Source of the DNA: Candidatus Eiseniibacteriota bacterium
Lineage (GTDB): Bacteria; Eisenbacteria; RBG-16-71-46; SZUA-252
Assembly: GCA_963703225.1 (NCBI GenBank)
Contig: OY969801.1
Span: 1,216,001-1,280,000 of the forward strand
DNA length: 64,000 bases
Direction: 5' to 3'
Shown: piece after piece, positions 23,278-33,469 of the stretch
Numbering within the stretch: position 1 is the first letter of the stretch
Layout: each line of letters opens with the position of its first letter
Made by a program: the position numbers and the translations under genes
Notes under the pieces: generated by a model
Database searches by the model: none
The model's input: the letters and a program-made list of their open reading frames with translations, nothing else
Told to the model about the DNA's origin: nothing

Positions 23278-24542
23278 AGTCCCAGTCGGGGAGCATCCTG
23301 ATCGTGGTGCTTCTGGTCCTGTTTCTCCTGACGTCGCTCGGGATCTCGTACGTCGCGCTCACGCAGGGCGACAAGGGCACCGTCCCCAACCCGATGGCCG
23401 GCGCCGAAGCGCTCGGCAGCGCGCAGGCCGGCATCTCCGAAGCGCTCGCGCGAATGTCGGTTCCCGGCTCAGCCCTCTACGTCGGCGAGAATGCCATGCT
23501 CTATCGCCCCGGATGGGGGCGCTATCTGGTGGCCGGCGCGGGAGACTCCGCTCTCGATCCCGAGTACGAGGCGACCGCCAGCGATGGGTTGGACAACGAC
23601 GGCGACGGAGAAATCGACGAGGCCAGCGAGCACTACCCCGAAATTGCATCGCAGCCGATCGGGGCCGCGACCCTCGGCCGCCACGACACACCATGGGTCA
23701 AGGTCCGTTACAAGCTCGACTCGGAGCGGCGCATCGTCCTCTTCGGCGACCACGACGACGATCCTTCGACGCCGCCGATCGAAAATCCGTCCCGCGGCGT
23801 CCCCAAGCTGATCATCACCGCCGCAGGGCGATCGGGCGCCGGCTGGAAGATGGTGACCGTTGAGGCCGTCAAGTGGCCGCTGCCGCCCGCCCCCGCGGCG
23901 CTCTATGTGGAAGGGGATCTCGGCTTCCGCGACGCCGCGTTCCATATCGACGGACGCGACCACGAGGAGCGCGCTCCCCACGACACGATCGCGGGCGCGC
24001 CCGCATTGCCGGGCGTCGCGACGCCGACGGACGCGCGCCCAATCGCGGCGCCGCTCACCGAGCAGCAGGGGGAGGGATTGCGCGGCGTCGGTTCCGAGCC
24101 GAGCGTCCTCGTTTCGAGCACAAATCTGGACTTGAAGGCCATGGCGGCGGCCTGGAGCCGGATCGCAGACATCACCCTCGACGGCGACCAGGTCGACCCG
24201 AAGGTGCCCTCGTGGGGCTCGAGCAATGATCCGAAGATCGTCCACGTGAAAGGAAACCTGCGTGTCACCGGATTCGGATCGGGAGCCGGCGTGCTGGTGG
24301 TGGACGGCGACCTCGACCTGAGCGGGACGATCAGCTGGACCGGCCTGATCCTCTGTCTCCAAGACGCGCGGATCCGCGGGGGCGGGAACGGGGTCTCCGT
24401 GATCGGATCCGTGCTGGTTCAGGGAAGCATGGCCGGTCGATCGGAGGTCTCCGGCGACGTTTCGATCCTCTACTCCAGCTCGGCCATGCGTCACCTCGCG
24501 GAGCTGACCGGCTACGAAGTCTCCTCATGGATCGATCAGTAG
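23274..24542 (+). CDS. PilX-like minor pilin
   Basis: QSG|SILIVVLLVL (no E5), ALGSAQAGISEAL, C-terminal GAGVLVVDGDL beta-rich region. Confidence 0.75.
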   Translation: MKSQSGSILIVVLLVLFLLTSLGISYVALTQGDKGTVPNPMAGAEALGSAQAGISEALARMSVPGSALYVGENAMLYRPGWGRYLVAGAGDSALDPEYEATASDGLDNDGDGEIDEASEHYPEIASQPIGAATLGRHDTPWVKVRYKLDSERRIVLFGDHDDDPSTPPIENPSRGVPKLIITAAGRSGAGWKMVTVEAVKWPLPPAPAALYVEGDLGFRDAAFHIDGRDHEERAPHDTIAGAPALPGVATPTDARPIAAPLTEQQGEGLRGVGSEPSVLVSSTNLDLKAMAAAWSRIADITLDGDQVDPKVPSWGSSNDPKIVHVKGNLRVTGFGSGAGVLVVDGDLDLSGTISWTGLILCLQDARIRGGGNGVSVIGSVLVQGSMAGRSEVSGDVSILYSSSAMRHLAELTGYEVSSWIDQ

Positions 24543-24561
24543 CGACGCCGCGGCGTCGCCT

Positions 24562-26689
24562 CTACTGGTACAGCCAGAATCGAAACGCGGAGTAGTCCCG
24601 GCCCGTCTCCTCACCCTCCTGGCCGGCCTGTGCCTCCCGGATCAGCTCGATCTCCGGCCGAGGTCGGGTGATCAGATTGCCGCGCACGGTGAACTGCGGC
24701 TCGACCCAAGCGGTCTCCGACAAGGCGAAGGACCAGGTCCCGGCCGGTTTGCCGTCGACCAGAACCCGAAGCTGGGTCGGATACCACGCGTCGGTCCGCA
24801 TCACGATCGTAAGATCGCGACCCGGCTCGGCGGCCGCCCGAAAGCGCTCCGTTCCCCGCACGATCCTGCCTCCATCGGTGAGGGAGCGCGACGGGAGGCC
24901 ACGAAATCCGTAGCGCCGGAGCACATCCTTCGCTTCGGGATCGGCCTTCCACTCGTGCCGCCGCTCGTCCTCGAGCCAGGCGAGATCGAGGGAGTCGGTC
25001 AAGCGCAGCGCCCCCAGATCGACGTCCACCTGGACCGGCCGGTCGCCAGGGCGAACGCCGCTCCACGCGGCGGAGTAGACGACCATGTCGGTGCCTCCGC
25101 AGATCGTGTTGAGGTCGAGGTGGGCCCGGTAGATCTCGGCTCCCAGGATCCCGCTCTCCGGCCAGTAGTGGAACCAATCCGGGTAGATCACGAGATGGGT
25201 CGGGAGCCGCTCCGGCGGAAGCCGCCGCACGTGCTCGAAGAGGCAGCCGAGCCCTGAACGGTAGACCCGCGCGAGCCCGGCGGTGGTGATCCCGACCAGA
25301 TCGACCGTCGACCGCCGACCGTAGTAAGCCACGGCGCCGGCGTCGTTCAGCCCGACGATCGCTCCTCTGGGAAGGTTCGCGTCGATCCACCGACCGAGCT
25401 TGACCTGCTGATGCGCGATGTTCTCGCAGTTACGACCGTAGAACTCGACCATGCTTTCGTTCGCCGAGGCCAGGGCTGGCACGCAGATCGCGAGCGGCGC
25501 CAAGCCGGCGATCACCGCGACCGGCCGCCCCACCCAGCGAGGCCATTCTCGCCAGGCCCACCACGCGAGCCTCCCCCAGCCCGCGCCGATCAAGAGCAGG
25601 ACGAGCGGGAAGAGCCCCTGTTGGTAGCGAAAGAGGTGAATCTGCCAGTAGAGCGGAAGGGAATTGACGGCGACGCCGACCATGGCGAGGAGGAGGAGCC
25701 CACCGCCTCCGTTCCACGGGCCCTTCCGTGGCCAAAATGAGAGCAGATAGAAGAGGAGCACGCCGACCCCGCTCGCGACCATCAGAGGCGGCAGGGGACG
25801 CTTCTGAGGATCGAGCATCAGGTGTGACAGGTAGACCTGGGCGATGTCGAAGGCGATGGTCGGGGAGTTCCGGATGTACTCCGCCCGGGTTTCCGCGTAC
25901 GGCTCCGCGAGAATCGACTTTGCCTGGGAGCTGGTCGATTCGATGCTGCCCGTGACGGCCAGATTGACCAGGAACGGGAGCGCGCACGCGGCGACCGGCA
26001 GGAGGAGAATTGACGAGGGGAATCGGCCCGTTCCGACCTTCTGGGATGCTCGCAGGAGGGCCCACGCCATGAGCAATCCAAACACAAGGCAAAGGATCGC
26101 CCCTTCGGGCCGCGCTCCGGCGAGGACGAAGAGCCACCATCGGAGCGTGGGAAACCGCGCCTCCGCCCGCTCCCGCAGGTAGGCATCGACGGTGGCCAGA
26201 AGCACGGTGCCGTAGAGGGCGATCTCCATCCCGCTGAAATATCCCCAGAGTAGGTGAGGGCTGGCGAGGAAGAGCCCCGCGCTGATGATCCCCCCCGCCG
26301 GCCCGCCCAGCCTGTTTCCGAGCCGGCCCACGAGGAGCGTGCTCGCGGCGTAGAACGCCGCCCCCAGGGCAAGAACCCAGGCGATGCAGATCTCCGGCGC
26401 CAAGCGGAGGAGGTGAGGCGGCAGCAGCAGGAGGGGGTACCAGAGGCTGGTCGACCCCGTGGTCGGGTCGTTCCCCGGGGTGTAGACGAAGGGATGCCCC
26501 TCGGCGATCGCGCGGGAGTACTGCATATAGATGAAGCTGTCGTCCAGCGGGAGCGCCACGGGCGCCGCCCGTGATCGCGCGCTCGGCTCCCAGGAGCCGG
26601 GCCAGCTGGAACAAGGACCAGGCGACGACCGCCAGGGTCAGAATCAGTCGCCCGTGGCGTCCCACCCAGCCCTCGATCGGGCCGCTCAT
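24562..26689 (-). CDS. Polytopic GT-C-fold glycosyltransferase-like membrane protein (frameshift near 26560)
   Basis: First TM in the 26689 frame, then PLDDSFIYMQYS, TTGSTS, SGME, ARPEG, FRY, DAGAVAYY, DLVG; about 10-12 TM helices plus a soluble C-terminal domain. Confidence 0.72.
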
Positions 26690-26959
26690 CTCATGAAGAA
26701 GTTGCGAAAGATCGGGGCGCCGCGCGCCGATGCATCGGACATGGGCGGCAACGTAGCAAAGGGCCCGAGGTCGGTCAACGCAACCGACCGACCGACCGGC
26801 CGCAACTCATCCGCCCGCATTTGCTCGGTGGCCAGACGATTTCCGGTTCGTGCGGGATGCACGGCCCCGGATCGTCGGCGAGCGCAAAGCGCGGCACCGG
26901 GCGCACGACAGCGTAAGGCCTTAAGCGAGCTAGACTTACGTTGCAGGATTGGGGAGTCG

Positions 26960-26975
26960 TGGCATGGAACTTGCT
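26960..26975 (+). promoter_or_regulatory. Sigma54 promoter upstream of pilM
   Basis: TGGCAT-GGAAC-TTGCT. Confidence 0.82.
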
Positions 26976-27048
26976 CGATCCAGCCGCGTCGATCCCCTCG
27001 CGTCGGGTGCAGGGGTAGCGGCATCCCACAACAACTCGGAGCGCGACC

Positions 27049-28080
27049 ATGTTCGGCAAGAAGAAGAAGAGCACGATCGGCCTCGACATCGGTTCGAGCT
27101 CGATCAAGGTCGTCGAAATCGCGCACGACCGGACGGGAGACCGCCTGGTCAATTACGGAATTTCGGAGCCGCTCTCCGAGGCGATCGTGGACGGCGAAAT
27201 CATGGACCGCCAGATGGTCCACGAAGCGATCACCAACCTCCTGGAATCCCGCCAGATCAAGAACAAGAACGTCGTGACCGCGGTCTCGGGTCGCGCCGTC
27301 ATCGTGAAGAAAATTCTAATGGCCCGCCTCAACGAGGAGGACGCCAAGGAGGCGATCCAGTGGGAGGCGGAGCAGCACGTCCCTTACGACATCAACGACG
27401 TCTCGCTCGACTTCCAGATCATCAATCCGGACGTCGACCAGAAGAAGATGCAGGTGCTCCTGGTCGCCGCCAAGAAGGAGATGATCCAGAACCACGCCGA
27501 GATCATCCGCGAAGCGGGCCTTTCGCCGGTCATCATCGACGTCGACTCCTTCGCGATCCAGAACGCGGTCGAGGCGGCGTACGACCTCGCCCCTGGTGAG
27601 ACGGTGGCGCTCCTCAACATCGGGGCTGAAATCACCAACCTGAACATCGTCCGGGATGGGGTCCCGCACTTCACCAAGGACCTGTCGGTGGGCGCGAACT
27701 CCTTCGTGGAGGGTATCCAGCGCCGCCACAACGTGAGCCAGGCGGAGGCTCTGAACGCGCTCCGCGGGCGCGGTGACGGCGAGATCGACGTCGCGTCCAT
27801 CGTCCAGACGACCTGCGAGGATCTCTCGGTCCAGATCGATCGGGCCGTCGCGTTCCTCAAATCGGCCGGGGACGCGGACCGGGTCGATCGCATCCTCGTT
27901 TCCGGCGGCAGCGCGCGGGTGCCCGGCATCACCGAGTTCCTCCGCGCCCGGCACCAGGTTCCGGTGGACGTCGTGAACCCGATTCAGAGATTGAGCTACG
28001 ACCCGGGCCTCTTCGGCGGCGAGTCGCCGGAGAGTGTCGCCCCGGTCCTGACCGTGGCCATCGGCCTCGCGCTGCGATAG
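27049..28080 (+). CDS. pilM: Type IV pilus alignment protein, actin-like
   Basis: IGLDIGSSSIK, EAEQHVPY, LLVAAKK, LVSGGSAR, AIGLALR. Confidence 0.95.
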   Translation: MFGKKKKSTIGLDIGSSSIKVVEIAHDRTGDRLVNYGISEPLSEAIVDGEIMDRQMVHEAITNLLESRQIKNKNVVTAVSGRAVIVKKILMARLNEEDAKEAIQWEAEQHVPYDINDVSLDFQIINPDVDQKKMQVLLVAAKKEMIQNHAEIIREAGLSPVIIDVDSFAIQNAVEAAYDLAPGETVALLNIGAEITNLNIVRDGVPHFTKDLSVGANSFVEGIQRRHNVSQAEALNALRGRGDGEIDVASIVQTTCEDLSVQIDRAVAFLKSAGDADRVDRILVSGGSARVPGITEFLRARHQVPVDVVNPIQRLSYDPGLFGGESPESVAPVLTVAIGLALR

Positions 28081-28088
28081 GGGGATCC

Positions 28089-28640
28089 ATGATTCGCATC
28101 AACCTACTGCCCCGCGAAGAACGACAGGTTCGCCACAACATCGCGCTGCCGAAGCTGGGCACGCTGATGCCGGTCTTCGTGCTGCTCCTGGTCGCGGCCC
28201 TCTTCGCCGCGTTCTCGGTGATCCAGACGCTCCAGGTCGGCCGGCTCAGGGCCGACATCGCGCGTGCCCAGCAGGAGGCCGACAAGCTTCGTCCTCAGAT
28301 CGAGACGATCAAGGATCTGACCCAGAAGCGGGAGGAGCTGCAGCGGCGCCTCAATGTCATCGCCAACCTCGACAAGAACCGCCTCTGGCGGGTCAAGCTG
28401 GTCGACGAGCTGTCGCGATGCGTTCCGGAGCATCTCTGGTTGACGAATTACGAGGAGACGTCGGCGAACACGGTCAAGATCGAGGGGGTCACGTTCTCGA
28501 ATCTTCTCGTGGCCGACTTCATGTCACGGCTGGAGGCGTCGCCTCTCTACGGAACCGTCGACCTCGTGGTGGCGGAAAAGGGAACGATCGATCAGCGGAC
28601 AGTCGTGAAGTTCACGATCACCGCCAACATGACGCTCTAG
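28089..28640 (+). CDS. pilN: Type IV pilus alignment protein
   Basis: MIRINLLP, TM, coiled coil, VPEHLWLT. Confidence 0.93.
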   Translation: MIRINLLPREERQVRHNIALPKLGTLMPVFVLLLVAALFAAFSVIQTLQVGRLRADIARAQQEADKLRPQIETIKDLTQKREELQRRLNVIANLDKNRLWRVKLVDELSRCVPEHLWLTNYEETSANTVKIEGVTFSNLLVADFMSRLEASPLYGTVDLVVAEKGTIDQRTVVKFTITANMTL

Positions 28641-28665
28641 GCGGGACGACGCGCAGGGGAGAGCG

Positions 28666-29274
28666 ATGGACCTCAAGGATCCGAAAACTCAGAAGCTGAT
28701 CCTGATCGTGGCGGGCACGGCGGCCCTCGTCTACTTCTACGTATTCGCCGACTTCGTCCCGTACAACTACAAGTCGCGGGCGGCCCAGATCAGCGGGCTG
28801 AAGTCGGAGTACACGAAGAAGATGAATGAGCTGACCAAGGCGCAGCAGCTGGTCAACCGGCTGCCGGAGCTGAAGCGGGAGTTCGCGCTTCTGAACCAGC
28901 GCTGGCAGGTGGCGCAGGAGCTCCTGCCCACCCAGAAGGAAGTCGCGAGCCTGCTTCGCAAGGTCACCATGGCCGGCCAGGAATCGGGGGTCAAGTTCGT
29001 GCTCTTCAAGCCGGCGGGGACCAATCCCATGACCGACTTCACGGAGAACCCCGTCCAGGTGACCGTGACCGGTGGATACCATCACGCTGGAGCGTTCTTC
29101 GGTGAGATCGCCGAGTTGTCGCGATTGGTGAACGTCTCGCAACTCCGCATGAAGGGATTTGACAAGGGCGAGCTGGATGACACGGTCCAGGCCGAGTTCG
29201 TCGCCACCGCTTACACGCTGGCCGAGAGGAAACCCAATGAACCTGCCAAGCAGCCTAGCGCTGCCGCAAAGTAA
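28666..29274 (+). CDS. pilO: Type IV pilus alignment protein
   Basis: TM, coiled coil, LLPTQKEVASLL, GGYH, LSRLVNV. Confidence 0.92.
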   Translation: MDLKDPKTQKLILIVAGTAALVYFYVFADFVPYNYKSRAAQISGLKSEYTKKMNELTKAQQLVNRLPELKREFALLNQRWQVAQELLPTQKEVASLLRKVTMAGQESGVKFVLFKPAGTNPMTDFTENPVQVTVTGGYHHAGAFFGEIAELSRLVNVSQLRMKGFDKGELDDTVQAEFVATAYTLAERKPNEPAKQPSAAAK

Positions 29275-30109
29275 GCTCTTCCAGAGCAGGATCGGGCTGA
29301 TCGTCCTGCTCCTGGTGCTCGCCTTGGTCGGCGTGGGCGTCTTCTTCCTCGTCCTGCGTCCCGTGGCGCCGCCCAAGACGCCTACCGTTGCGACCTCGCC
29401 GGCCGCCGTGGCCACTCCGCGTCCGGTCGTGAAGCAGGTGGTCTACGGACCCCCGGCGCCCGACTGGGTGCCGAGGACGCCGATGCCCGTTCCGGTCGCG
29501 GCTGTCTCGACGCCGGCCGGAGCCCAGCCGGTCCCCGCGGCGGCAGTGCCCGTGCCCGGCGCGCTAACGCCCACTCCGGCCGTGCCCGCTCCGGCGGTAC
29601 CGCTGGCGGCATCTTCGACGACCGCCCCCGGGGCCCTGGTCGAGGTTCTGCCCGGCACCCTGGTTTCGACCACGTCCGCGACCCAGTCTCTGAGCTCGCC
29701 CGCGATGCCGAGCGCGGCGGGCCTGGTCTCGGAAGCACCCAAGTCACTCGATGCGAGCGCCCTCTTCGCGCGCGATTCCTACGTCTACACGAGCGGCAGT
29801 CGCCGGGATCCCTTCGCATCGCTACTCGACGGCAAGTTCCAGACCCAAACGGGCGACGGCTCGCTGGTCGATGTGGGCGACATTCATCTGGTGGGGATCA
29901 TGTGGGGAGCTTCGGACAAGTTTGCGCTCGTGGAGGATACGCAGGGGCGGGGGTTTGTGTTGCGCGTCGGGGATCCGGTCGTGAACGGATACATCTCGGG
30001 GATCAGCAAGTCCGAGATCCAGGTGGTCCAGAACGCCTTTGGGGACACCCAGACGCTCTCGATTCAACTGAAACCAAAAGAGGGTGACAAGAATGCGACT
30101 CGAAAATAG
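29237..30109 (+). CDS. pilP: PilP-like protein with long Pro/Ala/Val-rich linker
   Basis: RRDPF motif, LVGIMWG, ALVEDTQG, LRVGD; lies between pilO and pilQ. Confidence 0.72.
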   Translation: MNLPSSLALPQSKLFQSRIGLIVLLLVLALVGVGVFFLVLRPVAPPKTPTVATSPAAVATPRPVVKQVVYGPPAPDWVPRTPMPVPVAAVSTPAGAQPVPAAAVPVPGALTPTPAVPAPAVPLAASSTTAPGALVEVLPGTLVSTTSATQSLSSPAMPSAAGLVSEAPKSLDASALFARDSYVYTSGSRRDPFASLLDGKFQTQTGDGSLVDVGDIHLVGIMWGASDKFALVEDTQGRGFVLRVGDPVVNGYISGISKSEIQVVQNAFGDTQTLSIQLKPKEGDKNATRK

Positions 30110-31751
30110 CGGTATGCGCACGGGTCGCCGCGCGGGTCTGCTCTCGGCGCTGGCGGCTGGTCTTCTCATCACGGCCGTCCCCGCGCTCGGGGCGACGGTG
30201 AAGAGCATCCTCTTGAAGGACGCGGGTGCGGGAACGCAGGTCATCGTGGAGGCCGACGGACCGGTCAACTACCATGACTTCACGCTCGAATCTCCCGATC
30301 GGATCGTGATCGACTGCCCGGGCACCACGCTGGCCTTCACCGAGCGGACCTGGGCCGGACGGGATAATTCGCCGGTCAAGTCGGTCCGGGCGACCGAGAT
30401 GGGTTGGGGCAAGGACACCGGGTCACGGATCGTCGTCGACTTGGCACAGCCCGTGTCGTACGGCGTGAGCGCGGTGGGGAACAACGTGATCGTGGCCGTC
30501 GAGGCCCCGCAGCAGGCAACGCCCGAGCCGGCCCGCGACTCGCCGGGATCTTCCTCCGACGTCACCGACAACCGCCGGATGTCGCTCGACGTCCAGGGCG
30601 CCGAGATCGAAACGGTGCTCCGCAGCCTGTCCGAGTTCAGCGGCAAGAACATCGTCGCGAGCAAGGAGGTCAAGGGCACGGTGACCCTGCGGCTTCGAAA
30701 CGTCCCGTGGCGCCACGCGCTCGACATCGTGCTGAAGGCCGAGGGGCTCGGAATGGTCGAAAACGGCCAGACGATCGTCATCTCCACGCTCGAGACACTC
30801 CGCAAGGAGGAGCTGGAGCGCCGGACCGCCGAGCGCGCCCAGGAAGAGCTTCTGCCGCTCTCCACCCGCATCCTGCCGGTGAGCTACGCCAACGCCAAGG
30901 AGATGGGGAAGACGGTTGAAAAGACGCTGACCAAGCGAGGCCACATCGAGATCGACGAGCGCACGAACTCCCTCTTGGTGACCGACATCGACGAGCGGTT
31001 GGACCAGGCCGAGGGGATGATCCGGAGCCTCGATACCCGGACGCCTCAGGTCGAGATCGTGGCCCGACTCGTGGACGTGGACCACTCGGTGACCACCTCG
31101 CTCGGGATCAACTGGAGCGTGAACAACGTGGATCTGTTCGACGCCGGAGCCAACGAGGGGATTTCGATCACTCCGGGCGATGTCCCCACGCCGGCGGCGA
31201 CGGTCAAGTTCGGGACGGTGAAGGGATTCGGGAGCATCGACGCTACCCTCACCGCCCTCGAGGCGAAGAACCAGGCGAATATCATCTCGAACCCGCGCAT
31301 CACGACCGTCAACAACCGCGAAGCGTCGGTGATCGTGGGCCAGCAGATTCCGCTCATCGTCCAGGACTTCGCCGGCAACGCGGTCACACAGCTGACCACG
31401 ATCGGTATCAAGCTGAACGTGACGCCGCATATCAACGTGGGCAACAAGATCACGATGGACGTTCACCCCGAGGTCTCCGACCTCTCGTCGCAGGCGACGG
31501 TGGCGGGCGGCATCATCATCAACACGACGATGGCCGACACACGGGTGATGGTGAACGACGGCGAAACGGCGGTGATCGGCGGCTTGATCCGCAGCAACGA
31601 GAGCGACAACGATCGCGGCGTGCCGGTCCTCATGGATATTCCGCTGCTCGGAAGCCTGTTCAAGTCGACGACCAAGGTGCGGCAGAAGCGCGAGCTCTTG
31701 ATCTTCCTCACGCCGAAGATCATCGGCGAGACGACCGCTTCATCTCAGTAA
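30093..31751 (+). CDS. pilQ: Type IV pilus secretin
   Basis: Signal peptide, AMIN domain (PDRIVID), VPWRHALD, DERTNSL, QVEIVAR, GVPVLMDIPLLGSLF, ELLIFLTPKI. Confidence 0.95.
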   Translation: MRLENSGMRTGRRAGLLSALAAGLLITAVPALGATVKSILLKDAGAGTQVIVEADGPVNYHDFTLESPDRIVIDCPGTTLAFTERTWAGRDNSPVKSVRATEMGWGKDTGSRIVVDLAQPVSYGVSAVGNNVIVAVEAPQQATPEPARDSPGSSSDVTDNRRMSLDVQGAEIETVLRSLSEFSGKNIVASKEVKGTVTLRLRNVPWRHALDIVLKAEGLGMVENGQTIVISTLETLRKEELERRTAERAQEELLPLSTRILPVSYANAKEMGKTVEKTLTKRGHIEIDERTNSLLVTDIDERLDQAEGMIRSLDTRTPQVEIVARLVDVDHSVTTSLGINWSVNNVDLFDAGANEGISITPGDVPTPAATVKFGTVKGFGSIDATLTALEAKNQANIISNPRITTVNNREASVIVGQQIPLIVQDFAGNAVTQLTTIGIKLNVTPHINVGNKITMDVHPEVSDLSSQATVAGGIIINTTMADTRVMVNDGETAVIGGLIRSNESDNDRGVPVLMDIPLLGSLFKSTTKVRQKRELLIFLTPKIIGETTASSQ

Positions 31752-31858
31752 CGGAGGCGCCGGACGCTTCCGCGCCCGGCCCGAGGCGGGTATACTGCGG
31801 GGCCTTCCCGAGAGGGAGGGCCCCATTTTCATTCTAGGTTGCTACCTCGGAGGCCGCG

Positions 31859-32413
31859 GTGATCATTCGCATCGCCCTTGTCGGCTTGTCCGGGGCCGGA
31901 AAGAGCACGGTCGCCCCGCTCCTCGCGGTCCGCATGGGGCTCGGCTGGGTCGACCTCGACGAAGTGATCGAGCGCCGGGCCAAGTCGACCGTTGCCGCCA
32001 TCATCGAGGCCACGGGGGAGGCGGCGTTTCGAGAATTGGAGAGCGCGTCGCTCCGGGAGACGCTCGAGGGAGAGGGTCGCGCGCCGGGCCTCGTGCTGGC
32101 CTGCGGCGCCGGTGCGCTGGGGCGGGAGGAGAATCGCCTTCGCCTCCGCCAGAATGCCTTCACGGTCTGGCTCTCGGTCAGCCCGGAAGCGGCGGCCCGC
32201 CGGCTCGGGGGTCTTGAGACCGCCAAGCGCCCGCTCCTGGGCGGCGGATTGACCGAGAGCCGCCTGAGCGATCTGCTGAGAGAACGGCGCGCGCTCTATC
32301 AAGCCGCGGCGGACGCGACGATCGAGACCGACTCGCGCACGCCGGCGGAGGTGGCCGTGGCCATCCAAGCCCAGTGGGAAAGGCGGGCGAATTGGGGACC
32401 GTCCGGATCGTAG
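31859..32413 (+). CDS. aroK: Shikimate kinase
   Basis: GLSGAGKST, DLD, GEAAFRELE, RPLL. Confidence 0.92.
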   Translation: MIIRIALVGLSGAGKSTVAPLLAVRMGLGWVDLDEVIERRAKSTVAAIIEATGEAAFRELESASLRETLEGEGRAPGLVLACGAGALGREENRLRLRQNAFTVWLSVSPEAAARRLGGLETAKRPLLGGGLTESRLSDLLRERRALYQAAADATIETDSRTPAEVAVAIQAQWERRANWGPSGS

Positions 32414-32979
32414 GGGGGGACCTCAGGGGACGGCGCCTTCGCGTTCCCGACCGGGGTGTCCGTCCGACGTCGGAGCGAACGCGGGAGGCGGTCTTCGACA
32501 TCCTGGGAACCGAGCGGGTGAAAGGGGCGATGGTCCTCGAGCTTTTCGCCGGGACGGGTGCGCTCGGCATCGAGGCCTTGAGCCGAGGGGCCGAGACCGT
32601 CGACTTCGTCGAGGGAAACGCGGCTGTCGCCCGGCGGCTGACCGAGAACCTGGAAGCCCTCGGGTTGGGCGCGCGCGGGCGGGTGCGCGTGGCCCGTCTG
32701 GGTCGCGCGTCCCTTCCGCCTGGGCTTCTGGGGCCTTGGGGGCTCGTCTTCCTCGACCCGCCGTATGATGGTGACGCGGGCCCTCGATGGATCCGCGCCC
32801 TCGGAGAAGGGGCCGCCCTGGATCCGGACGCGCTGGTAGTCTACGAGTGTCGGAAGGGAACGGGAGTGCCGAGATCCGAGGCGCTCACCCTCGCGACCGA
32901 ACGGACCTACGGCGACACCACGGTCGCCATCTACCGCGCGAGCCGCCCTGTGGGCACCGCGCCTGGAGGAGGAGCATGA
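32392..32979 (+). CDS. rsmD: 16S rRNA m2G966 methyltransferase
   Basis: RIVGG, RPTSERTREAVF, LFAGTGALGIEALSRGA, FLDPPY; start uncertain. Confidence 0.92.
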   Translation: MGTVRIVGGDLRGRRLRVPDRGVRPTSERTREAVFDILGTERVKGAMVLELFAGTGALGIEALSRGAETVDFVEGNAAVARRLTENLEALGLGARGRVRVARLGRASLPPGLLGPWGLVFLDPPYDGDAGPRWIRALGEGAALDPDALVVYECRKGTGVPRSEALTLATERTYGDTTVAIYRASRPVGTAPGGGA

Positions 32980-33461
32980 AAAGCGCCGTATTCGCCGGCA
33001 CGTTCGATCCGGTGACGAACGGGCACCTCGATTTGGCCCGCCGCGCGCTGCGGGTCGTCGACGAGCTCACGGTGGCGGTCGCGGACCGGCCGGAGAAGGG
33101 GGTGCTCTTTTCTCAGGAGGATCGGGTCGCGATGATCCGCGAGGCGCTGGGGTCGGAACCGAACCTGACCGTGGAGCCGTTCACTGGCCTTCTCGTGGAC
33201 TACGCCAAGAAACGGGGAATCGGCATCATCATCCGGGGACTTCGCTTCATCTCCGACTTCGAGTACGAGTTCCAGATGGCGCTCATGAATCGGAGGTTGA
33301 ATCCCGACATCGAAACCCTGTTCCTCATGCCGAGCGAAACCTACACGTACGTGAATTCGACGCTCGTGAAGGAGATCGCGCGCCACGGCGGAAACGTCGA
33401 ATCCTTCGTGCCCCCCCGCGTCGCCAAGAGTCTCAAGTCCGCCTTCGGCCTCAAGCGCTGA
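32976..33461 (+). CDS. coaD: Phosphopantetheine adenylyltransferase
   Basis: GTFDPVTNGHLD, RGLRFISDFEYE, NSTLVKEIA. Confidence 0.97.
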   Translation: MKSAVFAGTFDPVTNGHLDLARRALRVVDELTVAVADRPEKGVLFSQEDRVAMIREALGSEPNLTVEPFTGLLVDYAKKRGIGIIIRGLRFISDFEYEFQMALMNRRLNPDIETLFLMPSETYTYVNSTLVKEIARHGGNVESFVPPRVAKSLKSAFGLKR

Positions 33462-33469
33462 TCGACCCC

